64,000 bases of DNA, taken from contig OZ024765.1 in assembly GCA_964016885.1 (NCBI GenBank), positions 21,390,001 to 21,454,000 of the forward strand, written 5' to 3'. Shown one piece after another: positions 40,297 to 55,300 of the stretch; the first letter of the stretch is position 1, and each line of letters starts with the position of its first letter. The stretch comes from Eledone cirrhosa. Its lineage: Eukaryota. A program made the translations under genes and the position numbers. A model generated the notes under the pieces. It was not told where the DNA came from. It saw only the letters and a list, made by a program, of their open reading frames with translations, and made no database searches.

Positions 40297-40422
40297 CATA
40301 TATATATTTATTAAAATATATATTTACACACACACACATATATATATATACATATATATATACATATATATATTTATTAAAATAACAGATTTTAGTCTTC
40401 AAATTTATTATTATTACTATAC

Positions 40423-40502
<80 letters not shown>

Positions 40503-40506
<4 letters not shown>

Positions 40507-40707
40507 TAGCGTGGAAGAATGGACGTAAAACGACGATGATGATGATATATATATATATATATGTATCATCATCATGACCATCATCGTCGTTTTACGTCCA
40601 TTCTTCCACGCTAGCATGGGTTAGAGGGGTTGTCCTGTTGTGGGCAGTGTCAGCTGACCTTGTCTTGCTCATACAGGAACTGATTCTGGCTTGATTTCTA
40701 CAGCTGG
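40503..40707. mobile_element. RTE-type 3'-end fragments in opposite orientations (40503-40545 plus; 40566-40707 minus)
   Basis: atgctagcgtggaagaatggacgtaaaacg..gatgat motif. Confidence 0.8.
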
Positions 40708-42147
40708 ATCATCATCATCATCATCATCACCGTTTTACGTCCATTCTTCCACGCTAGCATGGGTTAGACGGGTTGTCCTGTTGTGGGCAGTGTCTGGTCG
40801 GCTGACCATGCCTTGCTCATACAGGAACTGATCTGGCTTGATTTCTACAGCTGGATGCCCTTCCTAACACCAACCTCATTTACAGTGAGTGCTGGGTGCT
40901 TTTTCGTGGCGCCTACACGTCCACTTTACAGTGTGGGCTGGGTGCTTTTTTGCCGTGGCACCTCCACGACCACCTTGCGGTGGGGGGGGGGGGGGGGGGC
41001 ATATCGTTTATATGCTTCAGCATGTACCCATGGGAGGTCGGGTACCCTGTATTACTGCGTGACGCCAGAAGTCACGGTCGTGTGTCATTGACTTTGAGAG
41101 GTGTAGTTGGGTAAGGTCGGCTTTTATCACCTCATCCCAAGTCATCTTGGGTCTCCCCACTCCGCGGTTTCCATCAACTTCTAGTGCTCTGCACCTTTTT
41201 ATGCAGCTGTCATCCTTCATACGCATCACATGTCCATACCAGCGTAACCGCCTCTCCTGCACGCAGCATTTGATTCCTCTTATGCTCAGTCTCTCTCTCA
41301 ATTCATTTATGCTTTGTCGTTCACGTATATTACTGTTACACATCCATCGGAGCATGCAGGCTTCGTTTCTCTCTAATCTACGTAAGTCTTCCACCTTCAG
41401 CGCCCAGGTCTCACTACCATGCAACATCGCTGTTCGGATACACGCATCATACAGTCTGCCTTTCATTCTGAGGGAGAAGCCTTTTGCAGCTAGCAGTGGT
41501 AGTAGTTCCCTAAACTTCTTCCATCCCGTTCTTACCCTAGTTATTGTACTTTCTGAGCACCCACCTCCGTTGCTAATTCGGTCACCTAGGTAGCAGAAGC
41601 TGTCTACTGTTTCTACAGGGCCCTCCCAGAGATTGGTGGTACTTGTTTCCTGTGGCTGTTTGCTTGCTGTTTCAGCACAGCTGCTGCATGTGAATCCTAC
41701 ATTCTTAATTAAGCTTCCTGAGATCCCGCTACATCTCTTGTGTACCCATTGTTTGCATTTGGGGCAAAGAATGGAGTTCCTACCTACACCTTTCCTACAT
41801 ACTGAGCAAGGCCATTTCCCTGAGGGGATCTGGGTTCTGTTTTCTCGTCTACTTATAAGGACCTTAGTCTTTGTCATGTTGACTTTGAGGCCCTTTCTCT
41901 CTAGTCCCTGCTTCCAGGTTTGGAATTTATTCTCTAGTTCTACCATAGATTCAGCTATGAGTGCGAGGTCATCAGCATACAGGAGTTCCCATGGGCATCC
42001 GGTCTTAAACTCCTCCGTTATTGCCTGCAGGACTATGATGAACAGGAGAGAGCTAAGAACAGAGCCCTGGTGGACCCCAACCTGTACGCTAAATTCCTCG
42101 CTATACTCATTGCCAATCCTAACTTTGCTGACTGCTCCCCTATACAT
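40708..42147 (-). mobile_element. RTE LINE, 5'-truncated, second subfamily with ~300-bp 3' UTR
   Basis: ORF 41017..42147 with [18 protein letters not shown]-like finger and RRLRWYGHV; (ATG)n tail. Confidence 0.9.
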
Positions 42148-42149
42148 GG

Positions 42150-42410
42150 CTTCCTGGATGCCCTTCCTAACACCAACCTCATTTACAGTGAGTGCTGGGT
42201 TCTTTTTTGCCGTGGCACCTCCACATCCACTTTACAGTGGGAGGGTGTGGGGGCATATTGTCTATATGCTTCAGCTTCAGCTTGTTCCCATGGGGGGGGT
42301 CGGATCTTCTGTATTATTGCGTGACGCCAGAGGTCACAGCCTTTGAGAAGTGTAATTGGGTAAGGTCGGCTTTTATCACCTCATCCCAGGTCTTTTTGGG
42401 TCTCCCCGTC
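42150..42410 (-). pseudogene. Further RTE ORF-end and 3' UTR fragment
   Basis: Homologous to about 40850-41160. Confidence 0.75.
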
Positions 42411-42757
42411 ATCGTCACCGTCACCGTCATCATTTTACGTCCTCTTTTTCCCTGCCTGTAAGGGTGGGATGGGAACTGATTCTGGCTTGATTTCTACAGC
42501 TGGATGCCCTTCCTAACACCAACCTCATTTACAGTGAGTGCTGGGTGCTTTTTTGCCGTGGCACCTCCACGACCACTTTGCAGTGGAATGATAGGGACCC
42601 CAGTCCCTATCACCTCATTTCTACAGCTGAGTAAACTGGAGCAATGTGAAATAAAGTGTCTTGCTCAAGGAAACAACACATCACCTGGTCTGAGAATTGA
42701 ACTCACAACCTTTTGATTGCAAGGCCAATGCTCTAACTACTAAGCCATGTGCCTCCA
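42411..42757 (-). mobile_element. tRNA-derived SINE with RTE-type tail
   Basis: Minus: tggaggcacatggcttagtagttagagc (A-box), gagttcaattc (B-box), ccttgagcaagacact core, RTE-like terminus. Confidence 0.87.
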
Positions 42758-42779
42758 TATATATATATATATTCCCAGG

Positions 42780-43000
42780 GTGATTCAGTGGGGCTGTTGG
42801 GTATCTGTTCATTTACAGTAAAGAGGCTGACATGATATCTACGACATTCTCAAACATAGATAACAACATAAGATTCGTCATAGAAGACCCCGACCCTGAT
42901 AAAAATGGTTCCTCATCTCTGCTGGACTTCCAGCTTAGAATAACAGAAGGTGGTAATATATACAGCAAATTCTATCAGAAAAACTCCAGCAGGGGCTTGT
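42780..43000 (+). pseudogene. PLE RT thumb fragment
   Basis: FSNIDNNIRFVIE..LLDFQL..FYQK resembles the PLE F..E..FLD..Y.K block. Confidence 0.6.
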
Positions 43001-43002
43001 TT

Positions 43003-43337
43003 CATCATTTCATTTTACGTCCACTTTTCCCTGCTAGCAAGGGTGGGACGGGAACTGATTCTGGCTTGATTTCTACAGCTGGATGCCCTTCCTAACACCA
43101 ACCTCATTTACAGTGAGTGCTGGGTGCTTTTTTGCCGTGGCACCTCCACGACCACTTTGCAGTGGAATGATAGGGACCGCAGTCCCTATCATCTCATTTC
43201 TACAGCTGAGTAAACTGGAGCAATGTGAAATAAAGTGTCTTGCTCAAGGAAACAACACATCACCCGGTCTGAGAATTGAACTCACAACCTTTCGATTGCA
43301 AGGCCAATGCTCTAACCACTAAGCCATGTGCCTCCAT
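43003..43337 (-). mobile_element. tRNA-derived SINE with RTE-type tail (second copy)
   Basis: Nearly identical to 42411-42757. Confidence 0.88.
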
Positions 43338-43674
43338 GTTTGTGCATTATAAGTCAGCCCTTCTCCTTTGTGCTAAAACCAGATACATAACAAATGAAGC
43401 TGCCACAGACATAAGATCTCCTCTAACATCAGCGCCATAAAATGTCCACCTACTTTAGCGAAGACATAACCACATGCTGACGACAATCATGATGATATAT
43501 GTTTAAAATGGTCGCTCAGACAAGGACAGATTTTAATTAGACTCTTAACGAGTTCCATTATATTTTTTATTTTAATTTTAATTTTTTTTTCACTTTTGCG
43601 TTGAATATATATTTTTTTTTAAATTAATTACTTTATATTTTTTTATTTTCTTTTTGTGTGTAACATAATGTGTC

Positions 43675-44545
43675 TGGTGGTGGTATTGGTGGTGATGTTG
43701 GTGGTGGTGTTGATGGTAGTGGTGGTGGTGTTGGTGGTGTTGTTGGTGGTGTTGATGGTAGTGGTGGTGGTGTTGGTGGTGGTGGTGGTGTTGTTGGTGG
43801 TGTTGATGCTGGTGTGGTGGTGGTGGTGTTGGTGGTGGTGGTGGCGGTGGTGGTGGTGTTGGTGGTAGTGTTGGTGGTGGTGGTGGTATTGGTGGTGGTG
43901 GTGGTATTGGTGGTGGTGGTGGTATTGGTGGTGATGTTGGTGGTGGTGTTGATGGTAGTGGTGGTGGTGTTGGTGGTGGTGTTGTTGTTGGTGGTGGTGT
44001 TGGTGGGGGTGATGGTGTTGTTGGTGGTGGTATTGGTGGTGATGTTGGTGGTGGTGTTGGTGGTGGTGGTGGTGGTGTTGGTGGTGTTGGTGGTAGTTTT
44101 GTTATGGTGGTGGTGTTGTTGGTGGTGGTGGTGTTGGTGGTGGTGGTGTTGGTGGTGGTGGTGTTGGTGGTGGTGTTGGTCGCAGTGGTGTTATGGTGGT
44201 GGTGCTGTTGTTGGTGGTGTTGGTGGTAGTGTTGTTATGGTAGTAGTGTTGGTGGTGGTAGTGTTGGTGGTGGTGGTGGTGTTGGTGTTGGTGGTGGTTG
44301 TGGTGGTGGTGTTGGTGGTGTTGGTGGTAGTGTTGTTATGGTGGTAGTGGTGTTGGTGGTGTTGGTGGTGGTGGTGTTGGTGTTGGTGGTGGTGTTGGTG
44401 GTGGTGGTGTTGGTGGTGGTGGTGGTGATGTTGGTGGTAGTGTTGTTATGGTGGTAGTGATGGAGGTAGTGGTGGTGGTGTTGTTGTTGTTGCCAGTGGT
44501 ATTGTTGTTGTCATTGTTGTTGTTGTTGTTGTTGTTATTGATGTT
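43675..44545. repeat. (GGT/GTT)n trinucleotide tract
   Basis: Direct reading. Confidence 0.92.
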
Positions 44546-44609
44546 GCAGTAATTATTAGTTGTGTAGTTTAACATAATTGATAATTAGGATTTCAATGAG
44601 TCAGATATC

Positions 44610-47600
44610 TTTCTCTATTTGCCACAGGGGCGTACAAAAATGAGACATTACAAGACGGCAGGGGGTTTTACATAAAAATAACTTTAACATTAATAAATAA
44701 CAATAAACTATATATAATAAAATAACAATTGAAATCCCCAATAGGTGGGGGGACGTTACTGCAGAGTTGCTTTACACCCCGTGGATAGAACAACCCTCAA
44801 CACCAGGAACACGTTTTGTTGGTGTTCCAGTCTTCCCTCTGTTTATCTTCCTCAACCTACAGGTTTATATACAGAGAAGGCCCATTCACTCGGGCCATTT
44901 TTGCCACATTCACCCACCTTTCAGTGAATTTACTGGGGTGTAGCACCTCTCTCTCCACTCTCACCTTCCTTCTGGAGTGATACTTAAAGAAGGGGATAAG
45001 TTGTTGTCTGGAGAGAAAGGTGTTTGCCCTCACTCATTTTAACCTCGTCCACCATATTACCTCTTTCGCCATAGCCACCAGACAGAGGAAAACCACCTCT
45101 CCTTCATTCTTAAATGAAGGTGGCGGGGTGATCCTCATGATGGACTCGGCTGACAACTGGATGCGTCCCACATGTGACAGTAGCTGTTCGACATAATTCC
45201 ACAGGTCGGTCAACCCTGGGCACTGAACAATTGCGTGCCGAGCGGTTTCGATGTCCTGCTCGTATCTTGGACAGGTCCTTTTGGCAGGATCTCTGCCAGG
45301 GCGTCCGAGCCTGTAGATTTTGTCTTGAACTGGTAGAGCTCCTTGGTAGCACTGCCAGGCCAGAGACTTCTGGAAGTTATCCATAGGACCTGGATGGAAA
45401 GTCCTCCCGAACAGACTGGTCAGTTTGTCCTCCTCGAATCCTAGAGTTTCCCCGAGAACGTCGTCGCACTTATCCTCCACTAATCCCCTATAGAATGTCA
45501 AAGTAGAGTCTCCGCTGATTGCCGTTCCGCTTGGTAGAGGGCTGTGAGTGCCTGTAGGCACTCGAGGTGCCAGGCGCCCATTTTCGGTCTTCGCTTGGCC
45601 CAGGACTGCAGCTCTGTTAGTGAGACGAGTTGTGGAAGAGCTTGTCTCACAAACAACAACCACACCGGTTCACTGGTCAGGAATACCTGGAGATGGCATA
45701 GCCTCAGTGCATGTTTGCGCATCATCAGCCACGGCATGCCCAGCCCTCTGTTAGAAGGGTGTTAACAGCAGATGGATCTCCTCACCAATGGAGCCTGTTT
45801 CTTCCAGAGGAACTTGAAGAGTAGGCGTTCCATTTTGTTAAGGTACTCGCGGGGGCAAGGCACAACTGTCAAGCGGTAGTAGATGATGGATGCTATGTAA
45901 GTGTTCGCCACCTCTGCTCGACCTTTCAAGGAGAGTTTGCACTCAGCCCACTTCTGGGTGAGTGCAAACACCTTCGCCGTGGCCTCATACCAGTTCTTGT
46001 CCACCTGGAGGTCTGGACCGAACCAGACCCCGAGCAATTTCCCCTGTCCTTTCGTCCAGCATCCAACGGCACTGTCGGAAGGCATGGGTTTGCCTCTCCA
46101 TGTGCCGAGTTGCAAACCGACACACTTGTTTGGGTTTAGTCTTGCTCCTCTCACCGTTTCGTATTCCTGTAATAGGTTGCCGTTTACCCTGATGTCCGAG
46201 GTTTTCGACACCATTACGGTTGTGTCGTCAGCATAAGCTGACGCTGCTTTCCGCAGTCCTGGTTCGATCGGGATGCCCTGCAACAGCTCCAATTTCCGCA
46301 GTAACGGCTCGAGAGTCAGTACATACAGAATGGAGGAGAGAGGGCATCCCTGACGGATGGAACGCATAATTTGGAATGGCTCTGATAGGTAGCCATTCAC
46401 CTTGACTGTCGAGCAGATGCTGGTGTGCATGGCAGCAATCCAGCCTCTGAAGACGGGACCGAAGCCGGCCACTTTGAGAACTGCTTCCAAGTATTGATGG
46501 TCGACCCTATCAAATGCCTTAGACTGATCTAAATTGATCAGAGCCCCACCAAAGCCAGGATAGACCCTACCCTCTCCATCATGTATCGAATGAGGTGGAG
46601 GTTGTCGTGTATGGACCTGGTCGGGATTGCACACATTTGGGCTTCCCCTACCAGGTTCTCGACAACAAGTGCCAGCCTTGCTGCTAACACCTTGGCCAAA
46701 ATCTTTAACTCTGTGTTGAGCAGAGTTATGGGCCTGAAATTGCTTATCTCATCCCCCTTGTTCTCATCTTTCCTGATCAGCGTTACTACGTCTCTGCCTA
46801 CAGAACTGGGAATCCTCTCGTTCTGCTGCCAGTTGCAGTAAACCGCTTCAAGGATGCCAGAGAACAAGTCTGACATGCCTATGTAAAACTCATAGGGTAG
46901 ACCATCTAAACCGGGTGATTTGCGTTTCCCTCAGCGGCCTAGGGCATCTTCTATTTCGCCCGCTGTGATCGGCCTTTCGCAGCTCTCCGCATCCGTGCTC
47001 GAGAGTTGCAGAACGCCGTCGAGGTAGGAGCTGAAGTCCATCACCTCGCTCGATGTACCGCTTTGCCCAAACAGTTGTGCAAAATGCTGCTGGAAGGCTG
47101 CACACATCTGCTTGGATTCAAGTATAATGCGTCCATCTTTGTCTTGCAAAGACCGAATTGTGGATTTTTTGCCACTTTTCGCCTCTGCCACTTGGGCCCA
47201 GCTAACAGCTTTGGCTCCCTCGTTTCTTAGAGCACTTGTTCTACTTCTGACAATACAACCTTCGTGTTTCACGTTGAAGAACTGGTCTAGTGCCGTTCTC
47301 GCCACTAGCACATCAGCTGTACTGCCATTCCTAAGTGCCTCTTCTATTTTAGCTACCAGTTCCTTTTCAGTTTTGTTTTTTTCTAAAGCTACTTCCTTGC
47401 TAAATGCTGTTGATTCTATTCTAATTGTTCTCTTGAGAGAGCTCCACCACCTGTTGTTGACGATCGCCCCCGTCAACTGGCACTGAACTAAGGTGCTAAT
47501 CCGTTTACTGTAGGCCTTACGCGCCGGGAGCAACATGTTTAGTTTCCAGTATCCGGGTCCCTGTCTATGTGTTCTATTAAGGTTGACTACGCAGGTGACT

Positions 47601-49392
47601 AATTTGTGGTCTGAATAGGCAACCATGTGCATTTGTGGACAGCTTAATGTTTCCTTATCATTGTCTAATTAAAAATCTAAATACGATCTAGAAGACCCAG
47701 TCCGGTTGCTCCACGTCCAGAGTGGTGCACTTGGGAAGTCTAGTCGATATCTATCAGCCAGTTGGAATTGGCTGTTGAGATTTTTGAGGCTATTACACCT
47801 CCCTCTATTATCACAAGCTCCTACATAGTCCCTTCCAGTCCCCCGCTATCACTAAGGAGTGAGACGTTCCCAGGAATGGCTCCAGATGCGTAAAGAACTC
47901 TGGTCGCGATGTCTCAGTCAGGGCATATACGGCCACTGTCCGAAAACTCCACCTTCACTACCATTCACGTCCAGGACCACCAGGCTGCCCTCTGGGTCCA
48001 AGTGAATCGTCTGTATTTTGAGATCCAAGTTTTTTCGAAACAGAACAGCAACTTCCCCTCCACCTCCTGGCTGACAGAGAGATGCGTAGATCTCAAAGTC
48101 ATCGAACATGGGGGTTAGCTGCTGCTTGTCGTGAATTCTGGACTCGGTGATGGCTATCACATCTATACAATGTGACCTGAGATCATTTAAAAGCTGGCCC
48201 TGTTTCCAGGACATGCCCAGGCCCACGTACATTCAAACATCCAGCTTGAATAGTCGCTATGTTGGTGAAGAAGAGTTAAGGAGAGAAAAGGCAGGAACAC
48301 TTACCTTTTCGTTTCCTGGAGGTCGGGTTGTTCGATCTCCATGTCCAGATTGGTGGTGTTTGGGGAGGGAGGGAATCCTTTTAGCAGGACATGGTTAAGG
48401 GGCTTTTGGCAAGGGGGGCCCACATCATGTGGGAAGTTCTCTTTTAAAGTTTCATACTGTAGGGTTGTTACCCTGATAAGTTTGAGGATTGGGGGTGGGT
48501 CGTTGGTGGGGAAAGTTTTCCCTTACGTTTGTATTGTGGGGTCCTTTCGGACAGTTTCCACCAGTTCTTTGTTTCTTGTTTTTATGTATGTGTAGTGTGT
48601 TTTGTTTTTTATGTGTACTGTTTCTGTTTGTAGTTTTCTTTTTGTGGTTGGGGTTTGTGATTGTGGTGGTGTGGGTGTTTGTTTTGTTGGTGAAGTGTTT
48701 GGTTGTGTTGGTGGTGATTGTGTTGTTGGTGTGTTTGTCGTTTGTGGCGGTGGGGTTGGGTGTGTGCATGTTTTCTGCAGATGTTTTTGTGTCTTTCTTG
48801 TTTTTTGGATTTTTGGGGTTCCTCTTCATTCTCACTTGGAGATGTAGAGGTTCCCGTATCTGAGACTTCTGAATCAGGGGTAGATGGGAGGGGTATGTTG
48901 TGTGGTGGAGTGTTTGTGGAAGTATTTGACAGGGGAGGGGGAGAGGCAATGGAGGGTTTTTCAGTGGGATGTTGTGTGTGGGGTTGTCTCTGGTCTGTGG
49001 TGGGGTGGGAGTGGATGTTGCAGCTGTTTGTGTTGTGTTTGGTTTGGAGTATTGATGTTGGGGTTTTGGTGTTGGTAATAACACCTTGTTTGTCCTCGGT
49101 TTGTTTAAGAGAGGGCAAAAGGCCTTTAAGTGTGTGGTTTTCCCACACTAATGGCACTGAGATCTTTTCCCCTCCACTAAAATGGAGATCACATCTTCCT
49201 CAAGGACGATCCTGTCCGGTAGTTTTTCAACTCTCTCTGGTCTCATTTGTACCAGAACCTCGATGCAGGTTCCAAACCAGTTATGCCGGTCTGTCCTGTC
49301 TACAGATAGGAGGGTGTCCTCATCCTTCTTCAGGATGCAGCGTAGAATACACCAAATGTTGACCTCTGCTGGGATCCTGGTTATTTTTATTT
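44610..49392 (-). mobile_element. Degenerate Tx1 LINE, related subfamily, broken within ORF1 by a satellite
   Basis: Colinear homology to 32713-37460 (NFRPITLLN, YADD, SDHK, KIKI) with many frameshifts. Confidence 0.9.
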
Positions 49393-49396
49393 TATA

Positions 49397-52300
49397 GGAC
49401 ACACACAGAGACGCACTGGCAGACTCCCACAGGAACACGCACACAGACACACACATACACACACACAGAGACACTGGCAGACTCCCACAGGAACACGCAC
49501 ACAGACACACACACACACAGAGACACTGGCAGACTACCACAGGAACACACACACAGACACACACATACACACACACAGACACTGGCAGACTCCCACAGGA
49601 ACACGCACACAGACACACACACACACACACACAGAGACACTGGCAGACTCCCACAGGAACACACACACAGACACACACACACACACACACAGAGACACTG
49701 GCAGACTACCACAGGAACACGCACACAGACACACACATACACACACACAGAGACACTGGCAGACTACCACAGGAACACGCACACAGACACACACATACAC
49801 ACACACAGAGACACTGGCAGACTCCCACAGGAACACGCACACAGACACACACACACACACACACAGAGACACTGGCAGACTCCCACAGGAACACACACAC
49901 AGACACACACACACACAGAGACACTGGCAGACTCCCACAGGAACACGCACACAGACACACACACACACACACACAGAGACACTGGCAGACTCCCACAGGA
50001 ACACGCACACAGACACACACATACACACACACAGACACTGGCAGACTCCCACAGGAACACGCACACAGACACACACATACACACACACAGACACTGGCAG
50101 ACTCCCACAGGAACACGCACACAGACACACACATACACACACACAGAGACACTGGCAGACTCCCACAGGAACACGCACACAGACACACACATACACACAC
50201 ACAGAGACACTGGCAGACTCCCACAGGAACACGCACACAGACACACACATACACACACACAGACACTGGCAGACTCCCACAGGAACACGCACACAGACAC
50301 ACACATACACACACACAGACACTGGCAGACTCCCACAGGAACACGCACACAGACACACACATACACACACACAGAGACACTGGCAGACTCCCACAGGAAC
50401 ACGCACACAGACACACACATACACACACACAGAGACACTGGCAGACTCCCACAGGAACACGCACACAGACACACACATACACACACACAGACACTGGCAG
50501 ACTCCCACAGGAACACGCACACAGACACACACATACACACACACAGAGACACTGGCAGACTCCCACAGGAACACGCACACAGACACACACATACACACAC
50601 ACAGACACTGGCAGACTCCCACAGGAACACGCACACAGACACACACATACACACACACAGAGACACTGGCAGACTCCCACAGGAACACGCACACAGACAC
50701 ACACATACACACACACAGAGACACTGGCAGACTCCCACAGGAACACGCACACAGACACACACATACACACACACAGAGACACTGGCAGACTCCCACAGGA
50801 ACACGCACACAGACACACACATACACACACACAGACACTGGCAGACTCCCACAGGAACACGCACACAGACACACACATACACACACACAGAGACACTGGC
50901 AGACTCCCACAGGAACACGCACACAGACACACACATACACACACACAGAGACACTGGCAGACTCCCACAGGAACACGCACACAGACACACACATACACAC
51001 ACACAGAGACACTGGCAGACTCCCACAGGAACACGCACACAGACACACACATACACACACACAGAGACACTGGCAGACTCCCACAGGAACACGCACACAG
51101 ACACACACATACACACACACAGACACTGGCAGACTCCCACAGGAACACGCACACAGACACACACATACACACACACAGAGACACTGGCAGACTCCCACAG
51201 GAACACGCACACAGACACACACATACACACACACAGACACTGGCAGACTCCCACAGGAACACGCACACAGACACACACACACACAGACACTGGCAGACTC
51301 CCACAGGAACACGCACACAGACACACACATACACACACACAGACACTGGCAGACTCCCACAGGAACACGCACACAGACACACACATACACACACACAGAC
51401 ACTGGCAGACTCCCACAGGAACACGCACACAGACACACACACACACAGAGACACTGGCAGACTCCCACAGGAACACGCACACAGACACACACATACACAC
51501 ACACAGAGACACTGGCAGACTCCCACAGGAACACGCACACAGACACACACATACACACACATACACACACACAGAGACACTGGCAGACTCCCACAGGAAC
51601 ACGCACACAGACACACACATACACACACATACACACACACAGAGACACTGGCAGACTACCACAGGAACACGCACACATACACACACATACACACACACAG
51701 AGACACTGGCAGACTACCACAGGAACACGCACACAGACACACACATACACACACACAGAGACACTGGCAGACTCCCACAGGAACACGCACACAGACACAC
51801 ACATACATACACACAGAGACACTGGCAGACTCCCACAGGAACACGCACACAGACACACACATACACACACACAGACACTGGCAGACTCCCACAGGAACAC
51901 GCACACAGACACACACATACACACACATACATACACACAGAGACACTGGCAGACTCCCACAGGAACACGCACACAGACACACACATACATACACACAGAG
52001 ACACTGGCAGACTCCCACAGGAACACGCACACAGACACACACATACACACACACAGACACTGGCAGACTCCCACAGGAACACGCACACAGACACACACAT
52101 ACACACACACAGAGACACTGGCAGACTCCCACACACACAGACACACAGACACACACATACACACACACAGAGACACTGGCAGACTCCCACAGGAACACGC
52201 ACACAGACACACACATACACACACATACATACACACAGAGACACTGGCAGACTCCCACACACACAGACACACAGACACACACATACACACACACAGAGAC

Positions 52301-55300
52301 ACTGGCAGACTCCCACAGGAACACGCACACAGACACACACATACACACACATACATACACACAGAGACACTGGCAGACTCCCACACACACAGACACACAG
52401 ACACACACATACACACACACAGAGACACTGGCAGACTCCCACAGGAACACGCACACAGACACACACATACACACACACAGAGACACTGGCAGACTCCCAC
52501 AGGAACACGCACACAGACACACACATACACACACACAGAGACGCACTGGCAGACTCCCACAGGAACACGCACACAGACACACACATACACACACACAGAG
52601 ACACTGGCAGACTCCCACAGGAACACGCACACAGACACACACATACACACACACAGAGACACTGGCAGACTCCCACAGGAACACGCACACAGACACACAC
52701 ATACACACACACAGAGACACTGGCAGACTCCCACAGGAACACGCACACAGACACACACATACACACACACAGAGACACTGGCAGACTCCCACAGGAACAC
52801 GCACACAGACACACACATACACACACACAGAGACACTGGCAGACTCCCACAGGAACACGCACACAGACACACACATACACACACACAGAGACACTGGCAG
52901 ACTCCCACAGGAACACGCACACAGACACACACATACACACACACAGAGACACTGGCAGACTCCCACAGGAACACGCACACAGACACACACATACACACAC
53001 ACAGAGACACTGGCAGACTCCCACAGGAACACGCACACAGACACACACATACACACACACAGAGACACTGGCAGACTCCCACAGGAACACGCACACAGAC
53101 ACACACATACACACACACAGAGACACTGGCAGACTCCCACAGGAACACGCACACAGACACACACATACACACACACAGAGACACTGGCAGACTCCCACAG
53201 GAACACGCACACAGACACACACATACACACACACAGAGACACTGGCAGACTCCCACAGGAACACGCACACAGACACACACATACACACACACAGAGACAC
53301 TGGCAGACTCCCACAGGAACACGCACACAGACACACACATACACACACACAGAGACACTGGCAGACTCCCACAGGAACACGCACACAGACACACACATAC
53401 ACACACACAGAGACACTGGCAGACTCCCACAGGAACACGCACACAGACACACACATACACACACACAGAGACACTGGCAGACTCCCACAGGAACACGCAC
53501 ACAGACACACACATACACACACACAGAGACACTGGCAGACTCCCACAGGAACACGCACACAGACACACACATACACACACACAGAGACACTGGCAGACTC
53601 CCACAGGAACACGCACACAGACACACACATACACACACACAGAGACACTGGCAGACTCCCACAGGAACACGCACACAGACACACACATACACACACACAG
53701 AGACACTGGCAGACTCCCACAGGAACACGCACACAGACACACACATACACACACACAGAGACACTGGCAGACTCCCACAGGAACACGCACACAGACACAC
53801 ACACACACACAGAGACACTGGCAGACTCCCACAAGAACACGCACACAGACACACACATACACACACACAGAGACACACACACAGAGACACTGGCAGACTC
53901 CCACAGGAACACGCACACAGACACACACACACACAGAGACACTGGCAGACTCCCACAGGAACACGCACACAGACACACACATACACACACACAGAGACAC
54001 TGGCAGACTCCCACAGGAACACGCACACAGACACACACATACACACACACAGAGACACTGGCAGACTCCCACAGGAACACGCACACAGACACACACATAC
54101 ACACACACAGAGACACTGGCAGACTCCCACAGGAACACGCACACAGACACACACATACACACACACAGAGACACTGGCAGACTCCCACAGGAACACGCAC
54201 ACAGACACACACATACACACACACAGAGACACTGGCAGACTCCCACAGGAACACGCACACAGACACACACATACACACACACAGAGACACACACACAGAG
54301 ACACTGGCAGACTCCCACAGGAACACGCACACAGACACACACATACACACACACAGAGACACTGGCAGACTCCCACAGGAACACGCACACAGACACACAC
54401 ATACACACACACAGAGACACTGGCAGACTCCCACAGGAACACGCACACAGACACACACATACACACACACAGAGACACACACACAGAGACACTGGCAGAC
54501 TCCCACAGGAACACGCACACAGACACACACATACACACACACAGAGACACTGGCAGACTCCCACAGGAACACGCACACAGACACACACATACACACACAC
54601 AGAGACACTGGCAGACTCCCACAGGAACACGCACACAGACACACACATACACACACACAGAGACACACACACAGAGACACTGGCAGACTCCCACAGGAAC
54701 ACGCACACAGACACACACATACACACACACAGAGACACTGGCAGACTCCCACAGGAACACGCACACAGACACACACATACACACACACAGAGACACTGGC
54801 AGACTCCCACAGGAACACGCACACAGACACACACATACACACACACAGAGACACACACACAGAGACACTGGCAGACTCCCACAGGAACACGCACACAGAC
54901 ACACACATACACACACACAGAGACACTGGCAGACTCCCACAGGAACACGCACACAGACACACAGACACACACATACACACACACAGAGACACTGGCAGAC
55001 TCCCACAGGAACACGCACACAGACACACAGACACACACATACACACACACAGAGACACTGGCAGACTCCCACAGGAACACGCACACAGACACACAGACAC
55101 ACACATACACACACACAGAGACACTGGCAGACTCCCACAGGAACACGCACACAGACACACAGACACACACATACACACACACAGAGACACTGGCAGACTC
55201 CCACAGGAACACGCACACAGACACACACACAGAGACACTGGCAGACTCCCACAGGAACACGCACACAGACACACACACAGAGACACTGGCAGACTCCCAC

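Noticed and set aside
42680-42757. tRNA gene
   Set aside because: A and B boxes are the head of a repeated SINE that continues into core and LINE-type tail.
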